NCBI GenBank assembly: GCA_030390025.1
Contig: CM059432.1
Coordinates: 146,818,001 to 146,882,000 of the forward strand
Length of the DNA: 64,000 nt
Origin: Squalus acanthias
Taxonomy: Eukaryota
Direction: 5' to 3'
Shown here: positions 1 through 12,254 of the stretch, piece by piece
Numbering within the stretch: position 1 is the stretch's first letter
Layout: every line of letters begins with the position of its first letter
Notes under the pieces: model-generated
What the model was told of the DNA's origin: nothing
The model's input: the letters and a program-made list of their open reading frames with translations, nothing else
Database searches by the model: none
Translations under genes and position numbers: made by a program

Positions 1-119
1 GGGATCTGAGAAGAAGGATTAAGTTTAAGCGTACGGTCATCATCAATGCTTTCAGCCTCGCTGATTGCCATGGCCTCAGTGACGGCCCCTCCAATTTTCT
101 CCAGAACTGTCTCCTCCAG

Positions 120-1693
120 ATTTGCTGATGATACAAAGATAGGTGGGTTAGCAAATTGTGAGGAGGACACAAAGGGCTGGATTTTCATTGACGCGTGGAG
201 GCGGGTTTGGAGGCGTGTGGGGGGTTAAAATTGCGAAAACTGGCGGGCGGGCACAAGTCCGTCTCCATCCCGCCTCCACGCAATTTTCATTAAATTGTAT
301 CTGCTGGTCCCGACTCCGTCCCGCCTCTAAGAGGTGGGATAGGCTGGTAAGGCCCTTAACAAGCACTAAATTGCCTCTATAATGCCATTTGAAAGGCCTT
401 TGTGATTTTAATCCTTGTTCTCCGTGAAGCACGCCTGTTCTGAACCACGATTGTGAAACCTGGCGGGGAGCACATTTGGCTGGCTGGCTATGGGGATGGA
501 TGTATATATGGATGGAGAGGAGACATATCTGGGAGTGGTGGTGTAAAAATATCTGGGAGCAGACTTAGGACTGCTGCTGCTCATTTTGCATCCAGGTCCT
601 CTCACAGCAAAGGCCAGGCAGTCTTTGAAGACCTTCAATGCAGCAGCAATGATGACATCATCAGAGGCGACTTTCAGACTGAAAACACTAATTGGTTCAT
701 GGGTTCCCACATGCTGGAACTCAAGTGCCCAATTGGGTGAAAATTGCATCAATCTCCCACATCCAATTGCAGGCAGGTGGATAACACGAAAAGTGGATGA
801 CACGACCCCAACCCACCCCAGTATCAAAATCCAGCCCAAAGAGTCTGCAAAGGGATATAGATAGGTTAAGTGAGTGGGCAAAAATTTGACAGATGGAGTA
901 CAATGTGGGAAAATATGAGGTTATCCACTTTGGAAGGAAGAATGAAAAGGCAAATTATTATTTAAATGGAGTGAGACTACAAAATGCTACGGTACAAAGC
1001 GATCTGGGGGTCCTAGTACATGAAACACAAAAAGTTAGCATGCAGGTACAGCAAGTAATTAGGAAGGCTAATGGAATGTTGACCTTTATTGCAAGGGGGA
1101 TGGAGTATAAAAGTAGGGAAGTTTTGATGCAACTTTACAGGGCACTGGTGAGACCGCACCTGGAGTACTGTGTACCGTTATGGTCTCCATATTTAAGGAA
1201 GGATATACTTGCATTGGAGGCAGTACAGAGAAGGTTCACTAGGTTGATTCCTGGGATGAAGGGGTTGACGTATGATGAAAGGTTGAGCAGGTTGGGCCTA
1301 TGCTCATTGGAGTTTAGATGAATGAGAGGTGATCTTATTGAAACACATAAGATTCTGAGGGGGATTGACAGGGTGGATGCTGAGAAGATGTTTCCCCTAG
1401 TGGGGGTATCTAGAACTAGGGGGCATAGTTTCAGAATAAGGGGTCGCCCATTTAAGACGGAGATGAGGAGGAATTTCTTCTCTCTGACGGTCGTGAATCT
1501 GTGGAATTCTCTTCCCCAGAGAGCTGTGGAGGCGGAGTCACTGAATATATTCAAGGTGGAGATTGACAGACATTTGAACTACAAGGGAGTCAAGGGGTAT
1601 GGGGAGAGAACGGGAAAGTGGTGTTGAGGACAAGATTGGATCAGCCATGATCGAATGGCCGACTCCCGCTCCTGTTTCTTATGTTCTTATGTT
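120..1693 (+). mobile_element. 5'-truncated CR1 LINE (RT C-terminus and 3' UTR)
   Basis: RFADDTK...MEYNVGKYEVIHFGRKN, LVRPHLEYC, NLWNSLP; tail ends in ttcttatg repeats; one in-frame stop near 1320. Confidence 0.95.
174..837. mobile_element. Harbinger-type MITE, family A
   Basis: TIR GGGCTGGATTTT...AAAATCCAGCCC, TSD AAA/AAA. Removing it restores the CR1 peptide EEDTKSLQRDIDRL. Related copies at 43637 and 57304. Confidence 0.9.
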
Positions 1694-3009
1694 CTGCAGC
1701 CTTGCTTGCCCCTCCGACTGTTTGCTCCTGCTTGTGCTGGTTGTGAGCCATCTTGGCTGGCAAGAGAAAGGAAGTGTGTCAGTGAGTGTGATGCAATGTG
1801 TTTGGGTGATGTGCCTGTCTTGGTTGAATAGCCGGCATTGTGTGCAAGGTGTGAGATGTGGGTGTGAGGCTTGCAGCAGTGGTAAGTGTGCGAGGGTGAG
1901 GTAAAGCTATGATTATGAGGTATGAGTGGTGATTGCTAGAGATTGTGGGTAGGTGAGTGATGGGGGTGTGGTGCATTGGGCAGCGTGTGAGGCCTGTGGT
2001 GCAGTTGGTGGGATAGGTCATTTGAAGATGCAGACACTCAACTTCACCACTCGTGTGAGGTCATTAAACTTCTTCCGGCACTGGGTTCATGTCCTGCGGG
2101 GAAAGACTGGTGGCACTGACCTCTTCCATGTTCTCTTCCCACTGTTTTCGAACAGTGTGTCTGGAAGGCCTCCTGGCCCCCTACGGGTAGAGGACCTGTC
2201 TCTTCCTATGGACCCCCTGCACCAAGGCCTCCAGTGCTGCATTGAAGAACCGAGATGTCCTTTTTCTGTCCTGTTGAGACATTGCTAACTCCCAGCTCCA
2301 CTCAGAATGAGGTACTTCTCTCACAAAGCACCTCCCCTTTAAGAAGTGCAGACGGCTTTTCACTCTGCAGGCAACCTTTAAATAGACAGCAGACTTCCCG
2401 CGATATTGGTCCCCCTGTGGAGCGCTGAGCCAACCAGCAGAGTGTCTAATGCTGGGCTCAGCGCTGCAATCATGTTAATGAGCAGGCAGCATGAATTTCA
2501 CGGGCTGTCTGCACTACTGTAAACGGGCGCAGGCAGATCCCGCATCGTGATCCCCTCGCCCATTTTCGGGCCTTATCTAATTTAGGTTCTGAGAAATTTT
2601 AATATTTGTTATTCATGCTCCCTCAGGACATTTAATAAATTGGGGTGAGTCTATAGCAGTGAAAATGTATATGACCTTGGAATTTACAATGTCAGGGCAC
2701 GGTAGTATAGTGGTTATGTTACTGGAATAATAATCCAGAGGATGTGAGCTCAGACCTGTTAATGTGAGAATTTCAATTCACTTTTTTAAAAAAGCTGAAA
2801 AAAAAATAGCTGGTATCAGTAAAAGTGATCATGCAGCTAAGTGTCAGCTGTGGCTCAGTGGGTAGCACTCTCTAGGTGGGAGGCACTAGGAGTGAGCAGG
2901 TGCTGCTGGTTGCCTGATTACTGCAGGGAGTTGGAGTGAGCTTGTAAAAAGTTGGTGGTGGTTTTTTTTTCAGGTTTCAGGGCCTATTTGGTCCATAAAC
3001 AGTAGCCAG

Positions 3010-4566
3010 ATGGCTGCTAAGGGGTCCGGAGTGCCGGGCCCCTCAGAGGACAATGTTCCCAAGATGAATTTAATCAGGGGAGAAACTGTTGTTGGAAGGG
3101 AGAAAAAAAGGCCCAAAGATTTGGGCCGGGATCCTAGGAGATTTGGAAAAGAAAACACGGTGGTGGTTCAGTGCGAGGATAAGTAGATACGAGCTTGGGA
3201 TATTATCCAGGCGGTACATGAGGACTGCAGCGAGAGAAGCTGCTTTGCCTGCCGACCAAAGCCGAATGTTGGGTTCGAGGTGACGGTCAGTGGCCGAGAG
3301 GAGGTGGAAAGACTTTGACTGAGTTTGAAGGTTGGTGATAAGTTCTTGGAGGTATCTCTGCTATATTCTGAACAGGTGGTGGTCTCATTCTTAAACTTGC
3401 CGGTTTATATTGAGGACGATGTGCTAATCAAAAAGTTGGAGTTGTTGGACATTAAAATTTGCTTGGCAATAAAGAGGAGATACTATCCAGGAACACAGGT
3501 AGCAGATGGAACCCATTACGTAAAGGTGAGGTTCCCAGAGGGGGTGAAGTCATTACCGTACAGCATGAAATTCGAGACAATGGAAGGAGTGCAGTACTTC
3601 CGAATACTGCATTATAACCAAGTGAAGGTTTGCTATCATTGTCTTGGACACGACCATCTTGTAAGAAACTGTCCAGACTTGTACTGTTATAATTGCGGCG
3701 AGTCTGAACACATCGCTCGGAGCTGCAAGGCGGAGAGCTGTGGGCCGGAGGAGCGGAGCAGGCGGAGGACACAGTTGGTGAATTGAAGGAGAAAAGAGCG
3801 CAGGAAGAGGCAGAAAATTGCGGAGCAGAGAACAGGATGGAGATGGTGGAAAACACACCAAGTACAGTGGAAAAGGACAAAGACAGCAGCGGGCAGCATG
3901 GGTCGAGGGCAGAGTCGAGCCATAATATGGTTCAGCTCTCCCTAAAGAATCTGGTGTCCGCGGGGGGAGAGGAGGCGGGAGCGGGGTGCGTGGTAAATGT
4001 AAGTACTCCAAAGAAATCTGGGGAGTCGGACATCTTGGTGAGCAGGAGGGGCAAGACAAGGGGAGGGTGCAAGAGGCAGGAGCCTTAAAGGGGCAGCAGG
4101 ACTGGAGCGGCGAGACAAAGACGCCAGAAGGGAGCAAGATAGGTGCGCCATTGTCCCAGAGAGAGAAGGATCAGGGAGCAAGGGTCAGCGGTGGAGATGA
4201 GGTCGAAGGGAGCGGCACTGTTGGCGAAACCGCGATAGCAGGAAGACTCTCTATGGGAGATGATGTATCTGACGGGGAGCAGGAACAGAAGGTCACAGAA
4301 GAGCTCGAGAGTGAGGAATTAGAGGGGGACAGATACATGGAAGTGGGGGTGGGGTGGCATCATGTAGAAAGGGAAAGGTTAGTGAGGGGCAGAAGGAGGG
4401 AGAAAGGGCAGCTCCTCAGCCCAAACCTAATGCAAGGAAGAGGCTGAAACAGCAGGGAAGGTTCAAACAGGAGGTGAAAAAGAGCCGGAGGCTACAGGAA
4501 AAAGCAACAGCTGCCCGAAAAGTTGGGAACGAGCATGAGAGGAGGGAAGGGCCAGAGATTAAATGA
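3010..4566 (+). pseudogene. Tx1 ORF1, gag-like/ZCCHC3-like zinc-knuckle protein, disrupted
   Basis: ATG at 3010 (MAAKGSG...). VVVSFLNLPVYIEDDVL...ADGTHYVKVRFP; two knuckles CYHCLGHDHLVRNC and CYNCGESEHIARSC; contains stops and frameshifts. Confidence 0.85.
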
Positions 4567-7500
4567 TGGGGAGATTATCAGGCACACTTCCCTTCTTCGG
4601 AGCCATGATTACATTGGTCTCGATTAATGTGAATGGACTGAGGGGCGAGAAGAAATTGCAGCAGTTGTTGAAGTGTTTTAAAGGCACTGACTTGTTGTGT
4701 CTGCAAGAAACCTTTTGGGATGAGGATATCCTAGAAAGAGTTCGGAAGGTTTGGAAGGGAGAGGTGTTTTTAAGTTGTGCAAACAATAACCGTAGAGGGG
4801 TGGCTGTTTTGGTGAGTCCGTCCATAAAAGAGAACGTTGCCTTGGTGGACAAGGACACTGAGGGGAGATTTTTACGGCTAAGGGTAAAAATGGAGGAATT
4901 TAATTGCGATCTCTTTAATATCTATGCACCGAACGACCATTGTAAGCGGTGAGAGGTTTTTTCGGGGGTTATTCACTGAAGTGGCAGAGGTGGAAAACCC
5001 TTGTATAGTGGGGGATTTTAATGTATTTTTATCTCGGATGGAAATTTCAGCCCAGATGATAACTCCGGAGGGATGATTGTAAAAATGATGGCAAATTTAA
5101 ATTTGAGAGACTTATGGAGGGATCGGAACCCCATAAAAAGGGAGTTCTCCAGAACAGGTTGGGTGGGTGATGTTTTAAAACAGAGCCGAATAGATTTTGT
5201 GTTAATGCGGGAAGGGTTAAGTTCTGAGGTGATGGAGATTTATTACACAAAAGTATTTTTAGTGACCACTCGGCGTTGGTTCTTAGAATTAGGAACAGCA
5301 GAGTTAAGATCGGTTCAGGGGTGTGGATTTTAAACAATCAATACCTGAAGGGATTTTAAATATAATAAAGAATGCTCGGAAGGAACCTTTGTTCTTGAAT
5401 GAAAGAAGAGTTTGGTGGGACAATTTCAAATATGAGGTAAAAGATTTTTCGGTATGTTATGGGAAAGAGAGAGCGGCAGCTAACCGGCGTCGAGATGAGA
5501 ATATAAACAGAAGGTTTACGGATGTCTGTAAAGCAGTTGACGGAGGGGATAAGGGAGCTGAGACTAAGTAACGGGTGTTAAAGGCAGGGTGGGAATTATT
5601 GCAAGCTGAAAAATGCAAGGGGACCATTCTCCGTGCAAAGGCTAGAGATGCATTGGAGGGAGAAAGATGCACTAGATATTTTCTAGATCAAGAGAAGCTG
5701 CGATAGAGATTATCATTGATTGGAGAGTTGAAGGTTGGGGAGAAGATCATTAATGAAAGTGGGGAGATTGTAGAGGCGGCTAGCAGCTTTTATCAAGAGT
5801 TATATACAAAAGAAGACATTTCCAATTTGACGATGGAGAAGGTTAGTGCTTTTATTGAAGAGGGTTTAAAGGAGGATGAGAGAAGCATGTGTGACAAAGA
5901 AGTAGGATTAGCAGAAATAAAAGTAGCAATAAGTGGAATGAAGCAGGCGGAAAAGCCCAGGGTCCGATGGACTAAGTGCAGAATTGTATAAAGAATTTTT
6001 TGAGATTTTAAGTCCATTGCTCTTAGAGGGTTTTAAGGAGATTAAAATTGAGGGAAGCCTGGCCCCATCTATGAGGAGAGGTGTCATAAGCTTAGCTTAT
6101 AAAAATAAAGGGGATAGAAGGGATCTGAAGAATTGGAGGCCCATCACATTATTAAATGTGGATTATAAGATCTTGGTGAGGGTTATGGCAAATCGTATGA
6201 AGGAGGTGTTGCTGCAGATAGTTTTGCCCTCTCAGTCCTATGGAGTCATAGGCCGGGACATCGCAGACTCTGTGGTCTCAATCCGAGATGCGATAGAGCT
6301 CTTGGAAGAGAGTGGGAGGGAGGCTCATGTATTAAAGATAGATCAAGAGAAAGCCTTTGATAGGGTCTCTCATGAGTTTTTATTGAAGATTTTGAAAGCA
6401 TTTGGTTTCAGGGAAAATTTCACTGAGTGGCTAAGGATTTTTTATTCAAACATATTTAGCTGTGTTAAATGTAATGGTTTTTTATCCAAGTATTTTCTGA
6501 TACAGAGATCAGTTAGACAGGGTTGTCCCCTGTCCCCATTGTTGTACGCAATGGTAGCAGAACCATTAGGTTACATGATGCGAAAGGAACAAGGTGTAGT
6601 TGGGATTGTGGTTCCCAGTTCCGGGCTGGTGTCGGTGATACACCAATATGCAGATAACACAACCTTAACATTGAGAAATGGGGAGTCCGTGAGGAAAGCT
6701 ATGGACGTAGTGGAGGAGTATTGTAGAGCTTCAGGAGCCAGAGTGAATTATAGTAAGTCCCAATGCCTGGTTGCAGGAAGGGGTAGGGGGGAAGGGTTGG
6801 AGGAAAGTCCCTTTAAGGTGGTGGAGGCTTTGGAAGTTCTGGGGGTGCATATGGGGTGCAAGAAAGACAGGGATGAAGTGGATCGATTAAATTGGGAACC
6901 AAAGGTTATGAAAATTAAAAAGATTTTGGGAAGATGGGAAAGAAGGTGGTTGAAAGTGCAAGGAAGAGCGACAGTGGTGTCCGCTCTCCTGCTATCTAAG
7001 CTATGGTACTTATTGACGGTGGAGGATATTCCTGAGTGGGCAGAAAAGTCCATCCGACAGGCTGTGTGAGGTTTTTATGGGAAGGGAAACCAGCCTTGGT
7101 TGCTTACAATACCATCATTGGACGGAGAACTCAGGGAGGACTCAAATTCCCAAATATTGATTTGAAGAAAAAATCCTTTAGACTCAAATGGGTGAAGGGA
7201 TTTCTTCAGAAGTCAAATACAAGTTTTTGGAAGAGTTGTTTTGAGCATTTTTTTAAATGAAGTGGGATAGGAGGGCAGGGGATATTGTATATGGAATACA
7301 ATAATATGTTTTTGAAATCGATTAAACCTCTCCCTAGGTTTTATAAGGGGGTTGTAGAGACTTGGGCCCAATTTTTAAAAAGTGTGCAGTTTATGCCCAA
7401 GGGTGCTGAGGAATTTTTAGAACAGCCCTTATTTTTGAACAGGTGGGTCAACATTGAAGGAGAGGTATTATTTAGTCAAGCTTTTATAAAAGCTGGTATT

Positions 7501-8405
7501 ATATGTGTGAAAGATGTATTATACGAGGTAATTCCAGGTTGGTTGCCGGAAGCGATACTGAGGGACATGGTGTGGGAGGAGGATCAGGAGGTAGAGGAAA
7601 AAGCAATACGGATCATGTATGAGAAGATGCCACAGGATTGGATGGAAGAAATAAATGTGGAAATCTCCAAAGGAAGTAAAATGCGTCCCGCTTTTCCAAG
7701 CTTTCTGCTGGAGAAAAGGGGAGAGTTGGTCAATTTGACAACTGTAATACTCGATTTCTATGAGGTATTTAGAGAATGGAGATTCAAGACACCTGCTGGT
7801 CGGGAGTTTTGGCAGAGTATATACCCACAGCTGGACTTCAACAGGATTTGGAAGGGAGTGTGGGCGAATTTTAAATGTCCAGAGTGGATTGAATTGGATT
7901 TCAAATGAGCTCATAACCAGATTTTTACCATGGCGGTCTTGTGCAAGATTGGACGAGTGGAGGGGGCAACAGTGTGTGGGACACGGGATGAGACTCTGTC
8001 CCATTTACTGGTGTTATGTCCGCAGTTAAATGATTTAAATACTATGTTCGACAGTTGTGTGAAGTTTTTTTGCTGGGTGGGGACCGAAGAGCGAGAATGG
8101 GAATCCCGTGGGACTCAATTTTGAGATGGGGATTGCAGGAGAGTTTGCCCGAGTCTAGCAGAGCGGCAATTAATTTAATGTTCAGTTTGGCTAGATTCGT
8201 GATTGTGCAAAGAAGGAATGCGCTGGTTTTTAAGGGGAGGAGAATCAATCTAAAAGAGTATTTTAAATATAAGCTAAAAGATCATTATAAGGCTCTGTGG
8301 ATGTTTTATTCAGAAAGGAATTTAAAGATAGTATTTTACAATCAATTTTTAAAGTACAATCAATTAATATATGTTACAGGAGACAAATTAAACTTCAGGT
8401 TTTGA
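4563..8405 (+). pseudogene. Tx1 ORF2 (AP endonuclease, reverse transcriptase, C-terminal CCHC), disrupted
   Basis: SINVNGL, LCLQET, NIYAPN, SRIDF, NWRPITLLNVDYKI, DQEKAFDRVSH, VRQGCPLSP, QYADN (catalytic YADD altered), ETLSHLLVLC. Confidence 0.9.
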
Positions 8406-9424
8406 TGTTAATATGTGGTGGAGGAATGGCTGTGCAGAGCGGCGGAATTGATTTGTATTATACAATGGAATGATCACGATGTTGTAAATGTTCTTAATGT
8501 TCAATAAAGAATATAATTTTTTTTTTAAAGTGGGTAGCACACTCGTCTCTGAGTCAGAAGGTTGTGGGTTCAAGTCTCACTCCAGAGACTTGTGCACATA
8601 AAGCGAGACTTGTGCACATAAAGCTAGGCTGACACTCTCGTGCAGTGCTGAGGGCGTGCTGCACTGTCGCAGGTGCCGTCTTTCGGATGAGACGTTAAAC
8701 CGAGGCCCCGTCTGCCCTCTCAGGTGGATGTAAAAAATCCCATGGCACTATTTTGAAGAAGAGCAGGGGAGTTCTCCCCGGTGTCCTGGCCAATATTTAT
8801 CCCTCAGCCAGCCAACATCACTAAAACAGATTATCTGGTTATTCTTACATTGCTGTTTGTGGGAGCTTGCTGTGCGCAAATTGGCTGCCGCATTTCCCAC
8901 ATTACAACAGCGACTCCACTTCAAAAGTACTTCATTGGCTGTAAAGCACTTTGGGATGTCTGGTGGTTGTGAAAGGCGCTATATAAATGCAAGTCTTTTT
9001 CTTTTTTTTTATTGGATTGTCGTAAAAACCCAATTGGTTCACCAGTATCCCTTAGGGAAGGAAATCTGCCGTCCTTACCCGTTCTGGCCTATATGTGACT
9101 CCAGTCCCACATCAACGTGATTGATTCTTAAATGTCCTCTGGAGTGGCCTAGCAAGCCATTCAGTTTCATGGCAACTAGGGATGGGCATCAAATACCAAC
9201 CTTGCTAGTGACACCCACATCCCAAGAATAAATAAGACAGCCAGAAAAGATCCTTGCAGCCCCTATGTCTAGGAAATATCATATTCCTTCATACCTCTCG
9301 TATCCCTATATCAAATTTTTTGCCAGGTACTTGTCACACTTTTGAATTTGCTGATATAATCAGCCCCCACTGCCTTTAGGTATTACATTCCACACGTCAC
9401 CACCCTCTGTATAAAGGAGTTATT

Positions 9425-10120
9425 GGCCCAGATATTCCGATCCCTACGGGTGTGTCTGCGCTGTGTAGCCACCCGTAGGGACATCGGAAATGCCGGTTTC
9501 AGGCATGCACTGCGCATGCGCTGGAAACCGGCATTTCCGATCTGTCAAGAAAGCTCTTGACAGATCCTCCGGCTGCCCGGGAGAAGGGCCTCTGCGGGCG
9601 GATAGTTCTGCTTTTTGGAGACCCTCCGCCCGCAGAAAACCCTTACAATTCTTACGCCTGATAAAAGCAGGCGCAAGGCCTACTTTTACCAGGATAAGAG
9701 TTGAAAAAAAGTTTAAAAATAAATAACATTTTCACTGATGTATCATTTAAAAATACTTTAAAAAAAGGTAAGTTTATTTTTAGCCCTGTAAAATTTTTTA
9801 ATTTTTTCAAAAAATTAAATTTTTGTTTAAAATATTTAATTTATTGTAATTTCAAATCATTTTAAAAATGTCATAAAAAAAAATTATTTTAAGTTTTACT
9901 ATGTTTTTGGGGTGATCTCCATTCATATATTTGACAGGTCTATCTGTCAAGTGTATGAAGGGAGATTCCTTTCTTTGATTGGCTCCCCATGGCCCACTTG
10001 ATCCCAGGGACGCTTGCCCCTGCCTGCGCCCCTGGGATACGTGGGCCCTGCGCACTTGGAGTTCGAGAGGCCCAGGAGCGGAAGTGTGTGCGTCCCGGGA
10101 GCCCTCGGGTAAGGGCGCAG
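9425..10120. mobile_element. Harbinger-type MITE, family B (right end eroded)
   Basis: Starts GGCCCAGATATTCC; reverse-complement match to 40063-40823; GC-rich ends with an AT-rich core. Confidence 0.75.
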
Positions 10121-10956
10121 ATTTTTTCCATTAGACAGTGTTTCACTTCTGGCTACATAGCATACTGGAAGAACCTCAGCCGTCATGCTCTCTGGTATGT
10201 TCCTGTAGGCTGGCACATTAATCATTTCAAGCTATTTTCCCCATCAGCCAATACCAGTTTGAAGTTTGACTGACAGCAGATTATCTGTAGAAACTCAGTT
10301 GTGTCTTTAGATTAGCCTCCCACTATGCTTCTGAACAAACATCTGAGATAACACCTACCAGCCTGTGTAGAACATTCAACCCCACCCCAATAAGATATCT
10401 GCCAAGATACTGGACCTCTTTAGTCATCAGACAGTTGCAAAATAAAATAGCTTGAAGTGTTTTCATCACATCAACTCCATAAATAGCAGATAACAGCAGC
10501 ATTAATAACTGTTGCGTGCATATGCCAGATACGCATGGTTATCTGTTTGTGCTAGAGTTATAAATAGTACTGTTGTAGCTAACTGCAGGTAGCTTCGCAT
10601 AAGTTTCTCTGTTATTTGTACATTGCATGCTCCCGAACCAATAATCTTGTTCACCTGCGTGAAACCGTAACCTGTTAAACAGATGCCGCCTGGGAGGAAA
10701 ACGAAATTAAAAGTCACAGTAAATTTCATGCTGCAGGTCATCCTCACAAGGATAATCAGTCATCTGCCTCTGAGTCAATTATTATATAAAGTGCCTTGTG
10801 CAGCTCCTGGCTAAGTGGAGATTGGATCAGGCAGAGTGAAACATGAGCCCGCCAGCTTTTACATTTGAGGATATTTAACCCATCTTTTGAGACAATTCAG
10901 CCCCTAACGTGCGTGAAGCAATAGGATGAAAATGACACAGGCTCTTCTTGCTCCCC

Positions 10957-12150
10957 AAAGAAAGAACTCGCTTTTATGTCGTACCTCTCATGTCCGCAGG
11001 CTGTCCCAAAGGGTTTCACAACCAATGAATTACTTTTGAAGCACAATCACCGGTGTTGTTTAGGCAAACACAGCGGCCACTAAGCACACAGCAAGATCCC
11101 ATATACAACAATGAGAGGAATGATCGCTTGTTTTTTTTTTGGAGTATTTGAGGGAAAAAATGTTGGCCAGGGCACTAGGCAAACATCCCCATTTCCCTTC
11201 CAAAAAAAAAAATCATGGGATCTTTTATGTTACCCGAACAGGTAGATGGGGCCTAGGTTTAATGGGCCGAAAATTGATCTCGGTGCGCGAGAGTACGCAC
11301 TGCGTACTCTCGCGTATTCCCACTCCAATTGCCGGTTTTCTGCATGCCCTGCGCATGCGCTGAAAACCGGCAATTGCTCTTCCGAAAAGGGGGCGGGGCC
11401 TCGGTGCATCGCGTGCGCGCTACAGGCTGCGCGCACGCTGTGCACTTCATGCTTTGGACGCGCAGGTAAGTAGGGAAGATTTTGGAAATGTAAAAAGGAG
11501 GAGTAAGACCCGCTTTTAAGAAGGTAAGTAATGAATTAAGTATTTTTTTGAATTTTTTTTTACAGGTATATCTTTTTTATAGACTTTAAAGACAGGTAAG
11601 TTTATTTTTATAACTTTTTAAAAGATTTTAAATTTTTTCAAAAATTTAATTTTTTATTTAAAATGGTTAATTTAATTAACTATACTTATTTTATTAATGT
11701 GATGGTTTTTTTTTTTAATTTAATTGAGGTTTAGCTGTTATTTTGGGGGGGTGTAAGATTCATAAGTCTCACAGCCATGCTGTGAGACTTATGAATGGAA
11801 AATGGTGTGCTGCCATTGGCTCTAACTGAGTCACGTGATCCCACAGCTCGCACGAATTAACTACGCCGCTGGGATACGCAAGCCCAGCACAGCTGATGTC
11901 TGGAACATCAATTTCGTGCGAGCTGGATCTGAAAAAGCATAAGCGAGGTGAGACATCGCGGGGAAGGCTTACCCCCGCGGGAACAGAGCGAGATCAATTT
12001 CTGGGCCAATATCTCATCCAAATGATGGCACCTCTGACAGTGCCATACTCGACTGAAGTGTCAGCCCAGATATGAGCTTAAGTCATTGAGTTGGGTTTGA
12101 ACCCAAATCCTTCTGACAGAGGCGAGAGTGCTACCGCTGATCCAAGGTGA
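10957..12150 (-). mobile_element. Diverged SacSINE1-like DeuSINE split by a MITE
   Basis: catgggatctttta...ggtttaat | atctcatcc...ggcacctctgacagtg...gggtttgaaccc...agagtgctacc. Confidence 0.75.
11264..12007. mobile_element. Harbinger-type MITE, family B variant
   Basis: TIR GGGCCGAAAATTGATCTCG...CGAGATCAATTTCTGGGCC, TSD AAT/AAT. Confidence 0.85.
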
Positions 12151-12254
12151 CCCAAATGTCTTTATGACAAAAACAAAATCAATTTTTTTACAACCCAGGG
12201 TGCTATGGATGTTGTTCCTAAAGACCATTGGTATTACAGCACAGAGAGGACATT

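Larger units (their letters stand above)
1..2585 (-). mobile_element. Harbinger-type element remnant carrying a decayed Myb/SANT-like (trihelix) accessory gene; interrupted by a CR1 at 120-1693
   Basis: Minus strand reads MSQQDRKRTSRFFNAALEALVQGV...QCRKKFNDLTRVVK. Segments 1-119 and 1694-2585 are collinear with the copy at 41460-42508. Confidence 0.8.
2873..8528 (+). mobile_element. Full-length, decayed Tx1-clade (L1 group) non-LTR retrotransposon
   Basis: ORF1 with CCHC knuckles plus ORF2 APE-RT-zinc finger; AATAAA near 8503; 16-bp TSD agtgggtagcac(t/a)ctc at 2857-2872 and 8529-8544. Confidence 0.9.
2839..9010 (+). mobile_element. SacSINE1-like DeuSINE (2839-2872 plus 8529-9010), split by the Tx1 LINE
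   Basis: A-box TGGCTCAGTGG, B-box GGTTCAAGTC, Deu domain ggtgccgtctttcggatgagacgttaaaccgagg, L2-like tail aaaggcgctatataaatgcaagtc. Confidence 0.9.
2692..9235 (+). mobile_element. tRNA-derived SINE (family A) split into head (~2692-2838) and body/tail (~9012-9235) by nested insertions
   Basis: Head ggtagtatagtggttatgttactgga. Tail ggcaactagggatgggc...cacatccca matches the 3' end of the LINE at 15065-15135. An inverted copy lies at 53085-53330 plus 58576-58620. Confidence 0.7.

Noticed and set aside
3325..3786. Host ZCCHC3-like gene
   Set aside because: It is ORF1 of a TSD-flanked Tx1 element and carries stops and frameshifts.
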